NCBI GenBank assembly: GCA_030141605.1
Contig: JAQGDQ010000004.1
Location: forward strand, 1 to 64,000
Source: Tubiluchus corallicola
Taxonomy: Eukaryota > Animalia > Priapulida
DNA length: 64,000 nucleotides
Reading direction: 5' to 3'
The translations under genes were made by a program, and so were the position numbers. Under the pieces are notes generated by a model. The model had not been told where the DNA came from and ran no database searches. It worked only from the letters and a program-made list of their open reading frames with translations. Below, one piece after another: positions 1 to 12,490 of the stretch. The stretch's first letter is position 1; each line of letters opens with the position of its first letter.

Positions 1-535
1 ATGTGGTGGAGTATTATGGTGTGGGTGGTGTGGTGTGGTGTGTGGGTGGTGCGGTGTGGTGTGGTGCAGTGGTATGGTGTGGTGCAGTGTGGTGTGATGT
101 GGTGGAGTCGTATGGTGTGGTTGGTGTGGTGTGGTATGTGGGTCGTGCGGTGTGCTGCAGTGGTATGTTGTGGTGCGGTGTGGTGTGATGTGGTGGAGTG
201 GTATGGTGTGGGTGGTGTGGTGTGTAGTGGGTGGGTGGTGTGGTGCAGTGTGGTGTTATGGTGTGGTGCTGTGTGGTGTGGTGCAGTGTGGTGTTATGGT
301 GTGGTGCTGTGCGGTGTGATGTGGTGGAGTATTATGGTGTGGGTGGTGTGGTGTGGTGTGTGGGTTGTGCGGTGTGATGTGGTGGAGTGGTATGGTGTGG
401 GTGGTGTGGTGTGTAGGTGGGTGGGTGGTGTGGTGCAGTGTGGTGTTATGGTGTGGTGCTGTGCAGTGTGATGTGGTGGAGTGGTATGGTGTGGTGCAGT
501 GTGGTGTGATGAGGTGGAGTGGTGTGGTGTGGGTT
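1..535. repeat. G/T-rich degenerate minisatellite built on TGTGG/GTGGT units
   Basis: Continuous TGG/TGTGG repeats with a recurring GATGTGGTGGAGT anchor (~1, 96, 187, 318, 377, 470). All overlapping ORFs are low-complexity (V/W/C/G or H/T/P). Confidence 0.9.
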
Positions 536-619
536 TTGTGTTGATTTGTGCACAAAATTCTTTTTGTGGGGTTTGGCTAGTTAAGGTTATTATAAGATTA
601 TAGACAAAGTACAATGGAT

Positions 620-1240
620 GACGTCACAACAATGGCATTGCCTCAGCAGTTTACTAAGCGAAAATTGCCAAAAATAGAACATCTAATTAACTCGTCGGTA
701 CTCCTCTCGGTGGACCTGCCCTAAAATATAGCCCACATCATCGTGTAGCCCCGTTCTTCCTCTTTCTAAAGAGCTATATATCTCCTTCCGAGAATCCCAC
801 CAGGCGCCCCTAGAACGTTTTTTCTGCAGGCTGTTTGGTCAAAATTTCGAAAAAATCGCGAGTTGGGTCCGGGAAAATGCCCGTTACGGGACGCCGTGGC
901 CCTCTCGCGAATTCTAAATAGGCCTATGACACCCATCGCTGAACGGGCTATCTATCCATAGCCAGCACCACCCTCGGCCCGTTCCCGTTCTCTACATCTC
1001 AGCCGTATAACTTTTGCAAAAAACGGCCGAAAAATGGCCATTTTTGGAGGTTTTTCGCCCCCCGTTCCTCGCGGTGGGCCCGATTCGAAAAATAAACCAT
1101 CAATGAGACGACACTAGATCGAGACCTTTCGTTTCATATATAGATCGCCGCAAATGGTGCCCTCGTCCGGGCTGTAGCCTCGAATCTTATATATTAAGCC
1201 CATACCAAGAATATTAATATAAGAGTATAGATAATAGATG
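620..1240. mobile_element. Probable non-coding interspersed repeat (GC/CpG-rich island), family unassigned
   Basis: Abruptly GC/CpG-rich block in an AT-rich background, no ORF, ends in an AT-rich TATAGATAATAGAT tail. No TIR or TSD resolved. Confidence 0.3.
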
Positions 1241-2125
1241 TACACCTATAAACTTTATATAATTTTATTATTTTTGTATTATACTTTATATACATATGTA
1301 ACATGGTTGATAGAATGGTAACTAATTTGTCTAAATCTAACAGGTTCTTGTTACTGCTGTTAGCTCAGGAATTTTCTGGTGCTAGATAACAACTTGATTC
1401 TGAAAGTTCTTAATACAAAATTATTACAGTGGATTTATTTACATGGATTAATTTCCTATATAAGTAACCTTTTGTTTGTCAGTAACTCAGTGGTGAGGAT
1501 AGGATGAGCAACTTTTTCATTGTCCTGATAACGAGCTGTGATTCAGAATTCCAAAATATGGATTAATGAAATACAGCAAAGCGCACTGATTAAATGGATG
1601 TGAGCCTAATCTTCGATTTTAAATATCGTTTATTGTTGCAGTTACTAAAATTATTGATAATGTGGGATCATTGCTGTTATTTAGACCGCTTCATGAAGAA
1701 TGCTGTGTCCTTGTGACTAAGATAATAGCCTTTCCGAAATGTATGGAATTGCTATTGAAGGATATGCCGGCATTATTTTTACTTCTAATTTTAATTTCAA
1801 TACTGTCGCACAACCACACACAGAATGAACAGCAATTATTAAATTTTTGAAATCAATGAAGAGAATGAAGTGTGGAAAAGTTGAGACTAGGCCTTGACTT
1901 GGACCCGGGATCTTGGGAAGACAAGTTACTAGAGTACACACTTTTAGCATCTTGTGAGTATGTCAGGCCTCAATTTAGTCCTAGTTAAAATCAGTAAGTC
2001 TAGCCTTTGTTTCATATTGGGGCCTTAAAATGTCAAGAAATGATTTGCAGAAGTGATTAACCACGGTACTCTCATGACTGATTTAATAAACTGAAATTTT
2101 TAGTTATTAATAATTGCTACTATGT

Positions 2126-4620
2126 TTATAGCAGCGATGGTAACTTGATATTTAGCACCTCAGCATATTTATCAACAAATTCTTTAATGGGTCTTACGAT
2201 GCCAATTTTTTGAGGATCACTGCAGTTGTGAAATGTGTCTTCCTCTATTCCAAATTCATGCAGAATGCAAGCCAGATCCTGTTTTTTAATAGGAGCTTCT
2301 GCTCCAACAGTGAATAGTATGTTGTATTTTTTATGAGTTGTGGCAACAGAATAGATATGAGCCAGAAAGTGTGCTATGGCCGAATCTTTGTCGTTTGCAT
2401 AAATAGTTATATCGTGACGAAGATTATTTCCAGAAAGAACGTACATCACGCAACCAAAGCTGACACTATGGCATTCACCCTTACTAGACTTGTCAGCAAA
2501 CACCATCATGTTTTCGTTACTTTCCATCACATCATTTACACTTTCTGGTTTACACTTATATGGTACGGAATTAATCAAAACTCTATTTCCGTAAAACAGT
2601 TTCTGGTAGACATCAGATGATAATAGCAAGGAACGAATCTCCGGTGTACTCAGTTGAAATAATCTGCTGAAGTCTGGATAAGGCAATTTGCTCTGTTCGA
2701 AGCATTTTATGATATCAAGTGCTTTGCTGGATGTTGAGAAGAATCGCAACTGAAAAAAGAGGGAGTTAATTAGTCTTTTTCCATTTGAAAAGTCGTGACG
2801 CTGATAAAAAGATATTGGCACAGCCTTAGTAATGAATTTACGCAACAGGTCCATGTTTAGGAAAATAATTTATTACTTTTTTAGATTGTAGATTGTAACA
2901 ACGTAGCAAAACTTTATATTGAGACGACTAAGTAGGCTTTTGAGCACCTAAGTGTTTACTTCATTGAGTTGAGACACCTGTCAAAGGCATGGTACTGAGG
3001 TACTCATGTTGTTAAAGCATGATAGCTGTTAATGAATATAATCTAAATATCTAAAATTGATGTTACAAAATGGCTGGAAAATATACGAAGCGTGACATTT
3101 TATGAAAGTTGGGCTATACTTACTGTTTGGCAAAATAACTGATGCGCATGTTTTTTCAGCAAAAAATCCCCTCTTTCTACCACTGTTGTCATTGCTTCCG
3201 TCGATATTTGTAGATTTCTTTTTATTTTAAATATTTGTTCAAGAAAGAAAATGAACATCCGATCAGAAATTGCTTTTCCTTGATGGTCGACATCTACGCG
3301 GCCTGCCTGGCGAACGACAGTTTCCCCTCCATCAGTAAGGGAACAAAACATGAAGCCTACCTAAGTGAAAAAAAATATTTAGGAGCTCCGAGAAACTTTC
3401 CATTGCTTTTAAATGATTGTACAACGTAGGTCCTAGTTTGTACTATATATGCTTTTTATCAGAAGTAGTGACATGATCCCGTTTTTCCACTCCTGTGATC
3501 TTATCGGAATTGTCTCATCTCTACTTTGGTGCCAAAATAAAGTAAAGTTTACTCACTGGGTCAACTTAAGTTATGACCAGATTTTCTATATTTTTTCTGC
3601 ATCCAATCATCGCTACCGGTATTTTAATAACGCTTTTACACTCTGAGAGCCGAGGTTCCTCATTTAATGAGAGGGCGAAGAACAGGCTTATATGGTTACG
3701 ACGGGATCGGAGTCTAGCTAAATATCAAAGATAATCTGCAAGAATAAAATACTGAATTGGCAGTTGTGTCTTAGCAATGTTTAAATGTACATCTATCGAT
3801 TGCTGAGGATAGTATGGCAGATGAAATTTATTGGTCTGCCATTTACTGGCGGCATTTTAGCACCTGTGATCGCTAAATACACACCTTGAACACTCAAGTA
3901 TAGAGAGAGTTTAGGACATTAACTTAAAATGTAAACGAGCTGCTACTTACAACTTTTCCTTTAAATTCACAAACAATGGAAAAAGTATTCCAGCTGCGAA
4001 TATAACTGTCATATTTTGCTGGAAGATAGTCGTGCCTGCCACCATATACTAGGACATTCAGACGCAGGATAGCGGCTTTATCAGCTAGTGTGGCGTATCT
4101 AAAATTTTAAAACAACTACATATTAAATTGTTTTCAAAACACAAAATAATTAATGATGCAAAAATCGGACGTTCTACTTCGCCTCTGCACAAATCACTCA
4201 AATGCGCGTTATTTCAAAATTAGTGAAAATTTGAAACAGCATAATTAAGTTTACCGATATTGGTAGACTAAGGCTGCTTTTGGAACATGTCTAAATGTCT
4301 AGCAGTCTCTGGTAATGTCAATAAAGCAATGTTGCTAAATGACGAGCAACCAGCTGACCTCAAAATCAATAAAAAAATTGTTTGGAAGTTTTCTTGCTTT
4401 TTGTATGCTTGTTTCTTGTAGCAGCTATATGACGAGGCAGTGGGTTAATCAAGTTTTTGTTCCACGTGGACTATTATTGGACTGCTTAGTGATATATGCC
4501 TGTTCGAAATTGTGTCCGAGGTATAGGTTCTTGTGTTAAATTACAGAATGACTTAAAATAAATAAAACTGATCATTTCTTACCTGACAGTGTAGCAAGGA
4601 TTAATTCTTTTTCCATCCAT
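2126..4620 (-). CDS. NAT16/histidine N-acetyltransferase-like GNAT protein, paralog A (~348 aa, 4 exons)
   Basis: Exons 4620-4583 (MDGKRINPCYTV), 4098-3951 (RYATLADKAAILRLNVLVYGGRHDYLPAKY...), 3360-3124 (VGFMFCSLTDGGETVVRQAGRVDVDHQGKAI...) and 2749-2126 (LRFFSTSS...stop). All introns are GT-AG with consistent phases 2,0,0. YGGxxDYLP and DGGET..RV..QGK match recalled NAT16/HISAT motifs. Confidence 0.85.
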
Positions 4621-5642
4621 CGTGTATCATGCAGGATGTCCGCCACCTTTTAGCTGAGACTATCATAAAATACATGCGAATCTCTAAGTGGTGGGTATAA
4701 TACAATGTTATTTTGTGAAGACTATACTGGACACTACGGCCACGAATGCCAATTTACTGTATTTCGGGAACTATAGCCGACTAGAAAATCTTTGACGCGA
4801 GTTATGCTGAATAACGGCGGCCAAAGTTTGTAGGCCTACTTTTTAACACTAAGCAAAGTTTGTCTAGCGTGAGTTACAAAATTATAGTTGTACCTGGTTT
4901 GCTTTGGTACATCATAAAATGCCTATGCATATTTGTATAGGCCCTATATATGTATTTGTAATTAAATTAAACTTTGCATGCAACTAGAGGCCCATATTAT
5001 GTATTTTCACATTTTCATTTTTGTGTAGGACCTGTAAACAATCCTAGTATTTTTTTGTTTTTTGTTTATCTACACCTTTGTCTGAGTGTCTGCTTCAGGG
5101 GTCTACCTCGTAGTTACTATAGTTTTATTAGCGTTATTCGTTGAAATACAAGTTGGCCCCCATCCCGGTCTTAACGCAATCTCAGCTTTTTAAAAGCCCA
5201 GACATCTACCTTGGGATAAATACCTAAATAGCTATGAAAAAATTGAATTTGACTCATAGTCTTAGGAGGAGTTGAATGGCAATCGAAAAATAGGTGGCTG
5301 TCCAGTGTCCTTCACCCTTTCATTGAGCAAAGGACCTCCTTAACAAAAATTAGTTATAAAAGTCCTTGATTGAGCTTCACTTTCAAGGCACTGCGGGTTA
5401 CGTGACTCTAGCCCCCTGCATTTGCAAACTAACACCAATTAAGTGAAAAACATGATGCCTAATAATGAAAAAGCAAAAGTCAGGGACCGTCCTAAATCCG
5501 CGACGCTAGAGCTCTCGGGTAAAAACCAATCTAAAAAAATATGAAGACAGTTTTACAAAGAACGATATTGCAGTTTATTGGTAGGTAAACAGAGAGCAAG
5601 AGGTATGGTCAGGCAGGCTAGCAAATGATTAATTGGTGTGGG

Positions 5643-6240
5643 GTTTAGATTTAGATTTAGATTTAATATTTTATTTCAAACTTTACAAAGTTCATATACA
5701 CATCATAAATTAATGCAAATAATGCAACAAATTATGGCACACAAAAATAACACAAATAACAATTGACGACATAACAAACTACGCCAATGACGTCTAATTA
5801 TAGCAGAAAGTTCACATCACTATTTAAAATGCTCTTGCACATAAAATTTTCACTTTTATTCAGCCTGACGTACAGACCCGATATATGTTCGAATGTGAAA
5901 ATGGCGTTTTCGAGCCCTGTTCTAGCTTGAAAAACAAAAATGCGTAGGACTATAACGGACCAAAAATTCGCGTTTTTAACTTTTGTGGTTTGAATGCGAA
6001 ATTCTGAAAAAAAGGGCTCAAAGCCTGAACATTATAAGAATCAGACTTCATCTCTGTTTTGGAATGTACACGCAAAAGCGAAATTGTATACGTTTTGTAA
6101 CTTCTTTCAGAGATAGTTGCGAGAGAAGTCTCTACCTCAGAATGCGCCACAACTGTGGTAATTGTACATGAATTCATTGTTTCTTTTCTTACACTGATCA
6201 TTATTTTATTGAACATCACTTTTACGTTTTACAAATCATT
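5643..6240 (-). mobile_element. Degenerate 3' end of a non-LTR retrotransposon (LINE)
   Basis: 5666-5872 aligns by eye with 46602-46810, the 3' region of an RT-bearing LINE fragment. It ends in a short (AATCTA)n tandem tail at 5643-5665, typical of CR1/L2-group 3' ends. Confidence 0.6.
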
Positions 6241-7044
6241 TTGGTTTGTACATAATTATTGACAATATCATGAAACACCTTTTACTCATATATGTACACC
6301 TGTCATAATTTTTATGTATGTTACAACAAAATACCATGGAGTCTGCATTCATTAATTTGAAAGTGCATTAATTACCGAAAATGGTGCATTTTAGTCACGA
6401 AGTTTATGAAGTTTATGATTGCACCCATTGATACGCACACATGTTGTAGCAAGTATACATGGTGAAAAAGTAATAATAAAATTCTTTGCAGAATGCTACC
6501 TTACCTAATACAAAAATACAAATCTGAATGTGCGCAGAACAAGAAACAACTTTCAAATTTTCAAATTTTTGTTTTAGTCTGGTCTGTTAAGGCCAAATTT
6601 TGATGAAAAAAGAATTGAAATGGAGATACAGCTGCCAAACTTTGAAGAATGATTCTTTGGGCCATTCTAACAGCATTTTGGACATTTTTATAAAAATTAG
6701 ACATCTTGGCTCGTTGTCCCAGGACACTAAGAGGTCAAGAAAGGGTCTTGCACTTTGGAGGCTTATAACTCCCGCTATAACTTTCACAGACAGACACTTG
6801 GCTACTATTAGGGACAAACAGGAAATTATATGTGGGCTTTCATTTGGTGATACGATTAGTGGCCTTGGATTATATAAAGTGGCCAGACTACGTCATCTGC
6901 ACCCCTGTGCACACACCAAATTGAATAATCTTAATTTTTTGTCATGTGTCATTCATAATCATCCAAAGTGTGCTAATTGTCCATAACAGGTAAGTTACAT
7001 TCAGTCTGAGTGTGTGTCCTGTGAAGGGCGATACAGGACTATGA

Positions 7045-8382
7045 CGTCATTAGCACTCTGTCCCAAACATTAATGTTATTATACTTGCGAAATTAATGGC
7101 CGTGTAACTGTGAATGATCATGAAATCAGATGATAAAAAATGAAAAATTGATGCGTGTTTTTTGTCCAATAGCTAGCTTGCAGCTATTGACGTCATTAAT
7201 GACCTAGACCTTGAAATGCGAAGACGCAATCACGAAGAGCTGACACGACGATTGTTGTACACGTGTGAAATCGCCGAGACGCACTGCAAAACGGCTCTTC
7301 GTAATGCGTAGTGCCAACAATTGACACCGATGTCATCGCTATATCAGCTGGAAAATTTTTTAACTATGTGTAATATTTGTTCCACGATTAATTTATTGGT
7401 GGCGTTTAGCACAGAAAATTTTTTAGGAACATTCATGTTGTTCGAGTTTTTCATTCATTCACAGGCTGCGACGCTGTATCAGCTTTTTTTTGTAGGCTTC
7501 AGCACGGGAAGCATTGAAAATATATCTACAAATTACAAATGTATTAATTACCATCAGTCCTTAAACGGGCATTACTATTGAACAATTCCAACAGCTTTAA
7601 AGGCACACAGTAATTATGTATGACAAAGGCAGCTCACTTGCTAGCCCAAATGATGCCCGACGAAAATACATGTTTTGCAAGAAGAACAAAAGCTTGGAAA
7701 GTCTGCCATCTACACAGAATACGCTAATCCAGCATACTAGACGTGCCATTTATCAAGCCAGTATTTAGACCACAAGTGATCATCCTGAACAAAAGTTTCC
7801 ATCACCGGCAGATTGGGATTGGAACGTTGACGGGAATATGTGATTACAAATATTAAACTCCAAACTGAACAACTTTGCCTTTGGCATCATCAACATGTAA
7901 CAGGTCAAAGGTCTATAGTTAAATGTAGTTGAAAAGCTGGTTGCCAGAATAGATGTGCTGAAAAGCTTGGTGGGACAGCACTGATCTGTGCAAGTGTCTG
8001 CTTGGATCGGAGAAATTAAGTAGTCGTATGCATGATCCTATACATTGCAACGAAGAAGCCGATTACGTCATTATCATTATTATCATTAATAACGTCATAC
8101 TTTGGTGTCATTTAATATTCCAAAATTACGGTGCTATGACACTTTTCATGTCAGCAATCTATTAGTAATCAAGTTACTGATTTTGCCATATTTTCTTGGA
8201 ACATTTTAGTGTTTTTGTCATAACTAACAGTAAAGCCTTTAATGATGTCGTTAGCTGCAAACTAGCTATGGGGCAAAAACCACATCATCTAAATTTTTCA
8301 TTTTTTGTCATCACTTGACGTATATTATGATCTCTGACAGTTACCCAGCAGCCTTATTGTTTGGGACAGGGTGCTGATGGCG
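7045..8382 (+). mobile_element. Non-autonomous DNA transposon with long imperfect TIRs and an Academ-like C-terminal remnant
   Basis: TIR cores AGCACTCTGTCCCAAACA (7052) and TGTTTGGGACAGGGTGCT (8358), with inverted similarity extending ~150 bp inward. 7610-8000 reads VIMYD..S..NDAR/MFCKKNKSLESLPSTQNTLIQHTRRAIYQASI*..PSPADWDW..LVKC..GC..RC..TDLCKC with stops and frameshifts. Confidence 0.65.
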
Positions 8383-8855
8383 AATTTTGTGACTCCGCAA
8401 CAAATTTTAAACATTTTAATTTTTTCCGAAGCCGGCGACCTTTTTGGGACAACAGCGAACACTCGCGATGTCTGTTGAACATTTAGCGCATGTTAGGCGA
8501 CTGTGTTCGACTTTTTTTCGTACAGTCACCCAAGTCGCGAGCCCCGTGAAAGCCAGGCTTTATGAGATCTGTAATTTTTTCTAATCACCCTATTTGTACG
8601 AAAGTTCAGCAAAGTATCACAAGCAACGTTTATTTGCTGAACGTGATTAGAAAGCTGACGTTTAACGATGGTCGACTACATCCGTGCATTTACGATACGG
8701 AACAAACAGGAATGCTTTCTTTACTAATTAATGTAAACCACAGTTAAAATACAAATTATTACTAAATTTTGCACAGAATGTCTGGGAGACAAGTACTGGT
8801 CTACTTAAACATGCCCAGTACAGCTCAATTATACCAGATTCAGATGTGGCATTAC

Positions 8856-8893
8856 CTGATAGAGAAGCTAGGGTCAGTTTGGTTTCGATACAT
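8856..8893 (-). CDS. Extra (alternative or orphan) first coding exon of the NAT16-like family, MYRNQTDPSFSI(R)
   Basis: 38-nt ATG..AG|GTAAT exon with the same length and phase as 4583-4620 and 17919-17956. It sits in a ~450-bp block (8695-9140) homologous to 17745-18200. Confidence 0.6.
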
Positions 8894-9647
8894 TGTCCTA
8901 AAATGATAAACCGTATGCCTGCTTTTTATAATTATAACATTTAAAGTTAGCATTTCTATACAGCGTCAGTGCTCATGTTGTATAACGGTTGCAAGAGATA
9001 CTACTATACAGGACTGTGCATAGGCTGCATGGGTTTTGCAAACACAAATGTTTGTTCTTGATAAGGTTGTAGTAAAGTGACATCTATTTGGAAAGCAGAG
9101 GTTGGTTTACAAAATCGCATCAATTTCATTACACATTAAGGCTGTAGCAGAAAATACACCATGTGATTTTTACTCTTTGCTAGAAATATTATTAGGCTAT
9201 TTTCCCTGGTAATAAATTAAGTAAAAGGTGGTTAGAGTAATTAATGTACAAAGTTCCTTACAAAGGACTTACTTAGCACTTTATAAATATAAAGAAAAAT
9301 AAACGTTCAGTCAAAAGTTACATTATACAGTATCGACAATATAAAATCGATAATTGTGTGTCAGTAATAATTCATTACCGTACCTTTCTGTTTTAATATG
9401 ATTCAGGCTACAACTTAGACATATAAGCCGAACACTTCAAGCGCTGTTTGAATCAGCTAACTGACGTCAAGCACATTGGTCAATCGCTCCGGCTCCAACC
9501 TCTCTCTAATCTGGCTTAAAACAAAGTCCAAACTGGTCAGATGAGCAGATGATTGCCCATTGAATAGGGCGCGTGCTTGGAATTGGATAGCGTAGGTTAC
9601 ACAGGCGTTGTCTTTTCTTTAACTCTGTCTTGTTTAGGGGCATTCAG

Positions 9648-11000
9648 GACATGTTTGGTACAAGTAAGGTTGGTACAGGCAAGTATAGTACTGGTAATTT
9701 TGGTCGAGGAAATTTTGGTACAGGTAAATTTGGTACTATCATCTTAAGATAAAAGGAATTTTTGGTACTAGGAAAATGTGGTCGAGGACTGTTTGGTACT
9801 AGGAAATATTGGTACCAAGAAGATTTGGTAGTAAAAAAATGTGGTACGAGGAAAATTTTGTATTAGGAAAGTTTGGTACTGGAAAATTAGGTACAAAATG
9901 GACAAGATAGCATTTTTATATCTCAGTAAAGAATAATTGTTTCAACTAGAAAATAAAGAAGTTTATTCAGCAGGGAGGAAAGTCTGATTTATTAAAGAGT
10001 TCGTAAAACATTATACTGTAATAAAAAAACTGCGCAGCAGCTAAAATTTTATCCGTGATTATCAAATTCTTTCAGCAAGAAATGAAAGGTCTCCAACTCA
10101 CCATGCAACTCATCTTTGTCATAATCATCACTGTTATCATCGTCATCATTATTATCGTCATCACTAGCGTCAACATTGTCATCATCAATATTATTGCCAT
10201 TATTGCCAAAACAGCAACAACAGTAACAGTGGCGATGGCGATGATAATTATGATGTTCACTGCTAACAACATTAACAGCAGCAACAACAATAACAACAGC
10301 AACAACAACAACAGCAGCAGCAACAACAAAAATGACAACAGCAACAAAAGGACAACAACAATGATGATGATGATGATGACGACGACGACCATGACGATGA
10401 CGATGATGAGTACAACAAAAGCAGCAAGCAAGAACTAACATCGACAATGACAAAAAACAATAACACCAGCAAGAAAACGACAAGACTAACAAAGGTGAGT
10501 TTATGACAGCAGTGATGATGATGATGATAGTGGTGGTGGTGATGATGGTGGTCATTGTGGTAGTAATCACAATAAAAGAGCGAGCAAGAAGCAGACAAAG
10601 AATAACAACAGTGACAAATAACAAACAACAGACAAACAAACAAAGAGGAAGCAAACAAAAAAAAACAAAAAACGCAACAATATAATATGAACCTCTATAA
10701 CTTGTTCGAGGAGGTTATATAAAATATATTTTCATAGTACCAAACTTTCCTTGTACTAAACTTTCCTAGTACCAAACTTGTTCCGTACCAGTTTTACCTT
10801 GTACCATATTTACTTATACCAAATTACTTATACCAAAAATGCCTGACAAAACTTCATTAGTACAATATTTACCAGTACCATAGTTTCTTTGCACCAAATT
10901 TTCAAAGTAACAAAATTATCGTGTACCAAAAATACTAGTACCAAATTTTCCCAGTGCCAAAAGCTCGTCGTCCCAAAATTACGAGTACCAAAGTTACCAC
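9648..11000. mobile_element. Foldback-like element with inverted arrays of short GGTAC/GTACC motifs around a trinucleotide-repeat core
   Basis: Repeated TTTGGTAC-type motifs at 9655-9900 and the reverse-complement GTACCAAA-type motifs at 10735-10995. Exact termini and TSD not resolved. Confidence 0.55.
10105..10680. repeat. Compound trinucleotide microsatellite (ATC, AAC/AGC, GAT/GAC, GGT)
   Basis: Runs of catcat, aacaac, gatgat, gacgac and ggtggt. They produce homopolymeric ORFs in several frames. Confidence 0.9.
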
Positions 11001-12490
11001 GCATCGGGACATCAGTTTACGCAGAATAACTCTCTTTAGCAAACAACATGACAACTAATGTCCTATCAGCAGATAAACCGATTGTGCTTTTACATACATA
11101 AAATATGCAAGAAATTAAAACTTCAAGTAGCCAAAAAAATTAAGCAAGTCTATGCAATTTAAGGAAAATGTAGCGACAAAGTTTCAAGAAAAAACGACAA
11201 AATGCATTGACGTATTTTTTCTACATTTAACTGATCGCGTGGTCGTCTGCAAGCTGTATCCAATTTTTGCATTTTAAACTCAACGTACAATTGGAGTTGA
11301 CGAATACGCCACATCTTGGGTTAGCTGTAGACTTATCCTAAAATTCAATACGGTTATGTAAGGACCTTTTTTCTGATGTTATCGTGAAACCTTATCCCAC
11401 AACATTATTTTGTTTAGTAACTGCTGAAAAAAGATGCATGCACAGATATCTAATTTTGAATACAGCATGCCGTACAGTGTTCACAATTATGATGCTTTGT
11501 TAGAGCAGAATTAGAGTTCATTTTATTTTTTCTTAAAAAACAATTACTTTCAATCATATGATAGAACGGAGTGCCTTTAGCTAGTGTGCCAGGTTTAACA
11601 ACAACAAACACATTAATGACATCACCCATTATATTTATATAATACCTACAGATTGATTCAGAATTAAGCTGGCTGTTAAAACATTTGCTTAGAGCAAATA
11701 ATTACACTAGATTACCGTCATTGCGGGATCAGTAATCAAAGACAAGTTTGCGCATTATTGATCGTTGGTGGATAGTTTAATGGCGTTTTTCATTGCACAG
11801 AGTTTCGAATCGCGCATTTGCTTTTGCATGGTTTCACTAGGGTGTTGCTTTTGTTGTTCTTGCTGCCCTTATTGTTGTCGTCACGAAAATCACTAATTAT
11901 GTATTTATATAGAAGCCAATGTTAGAGTTTTTGGATTGTACACCCCCCGTTGAAGCCTTTATTAATTACCTCATAATTTTATCGTATAAGTGTTTTCTAT
12001 TCATCCAACTCGGTGCATCATAAAATATAATACGCATCGCAACTGACTGAAATAACCTAACAATGGTTGACTTTTTAACCTTATTTTTGTAAATCATGCC
12101 ACTAAGCTTAGCCCATGTTTTCCAAGCACTTTGGTTTTAAAAACATGACAATCAAAATTCATGTTTGTCCACAGAACTTTCCAAGCACTTTCGTGTTAGG
12201 ATAATTTATCTCTTTGTTGCCATACCGTAATTTTGTCAAGTTGGGATTTTAATCTTAAAAAATAAAAGCTGCAGTTTTCCTTATGTAGCAGTTAAAAATT
12301 TGCGTTCAGGTATGCAGGCGACTTTGACGGAAAGAGTGAGTCCAGAGGCGGTATTAACTATAAGCTACTGATTACAATATTTTGAGTAAAGTTGTTTAGT
12401 GATCGCATATTACAATTTTCCAATGTTTCCACTACAATAGATAACACAGTTTTGAAAAATGGGCCATAGCCTTTATTCAGTCCAATAATT

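Noticed and set aside
1-614. ORFs of 61-156 aa, and the idea that this is a telomere
   Set aside because: The ORFs are translations of the TGTGG satellite. The G-rich strand is on + at the left edge, the wrong polarity for a left telomere, and the unit is too degenerate.
2750-2854. N-terminal MDLLRKF... extension making 2126..2854 a single-exon gene
   Set aside because: A branch/pyrimidine tract and CAG acceptor at 2750-2752 match the acceptor position in paralog B, and both last exons are then 624 nt. The extension is intronic.
6587-6986. 128-aa and 76-aa overlapping ORFs
   Set aside because: No recognisable motif or splice context. They sit among transposon debris.
10049-10685. Several 60-201 aa ORFs with poly-His/Asn/Asp/Leu tracts
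   Set aside because: Open in multiple frames on both strands only because trinucleotide repeats lack stop codons.
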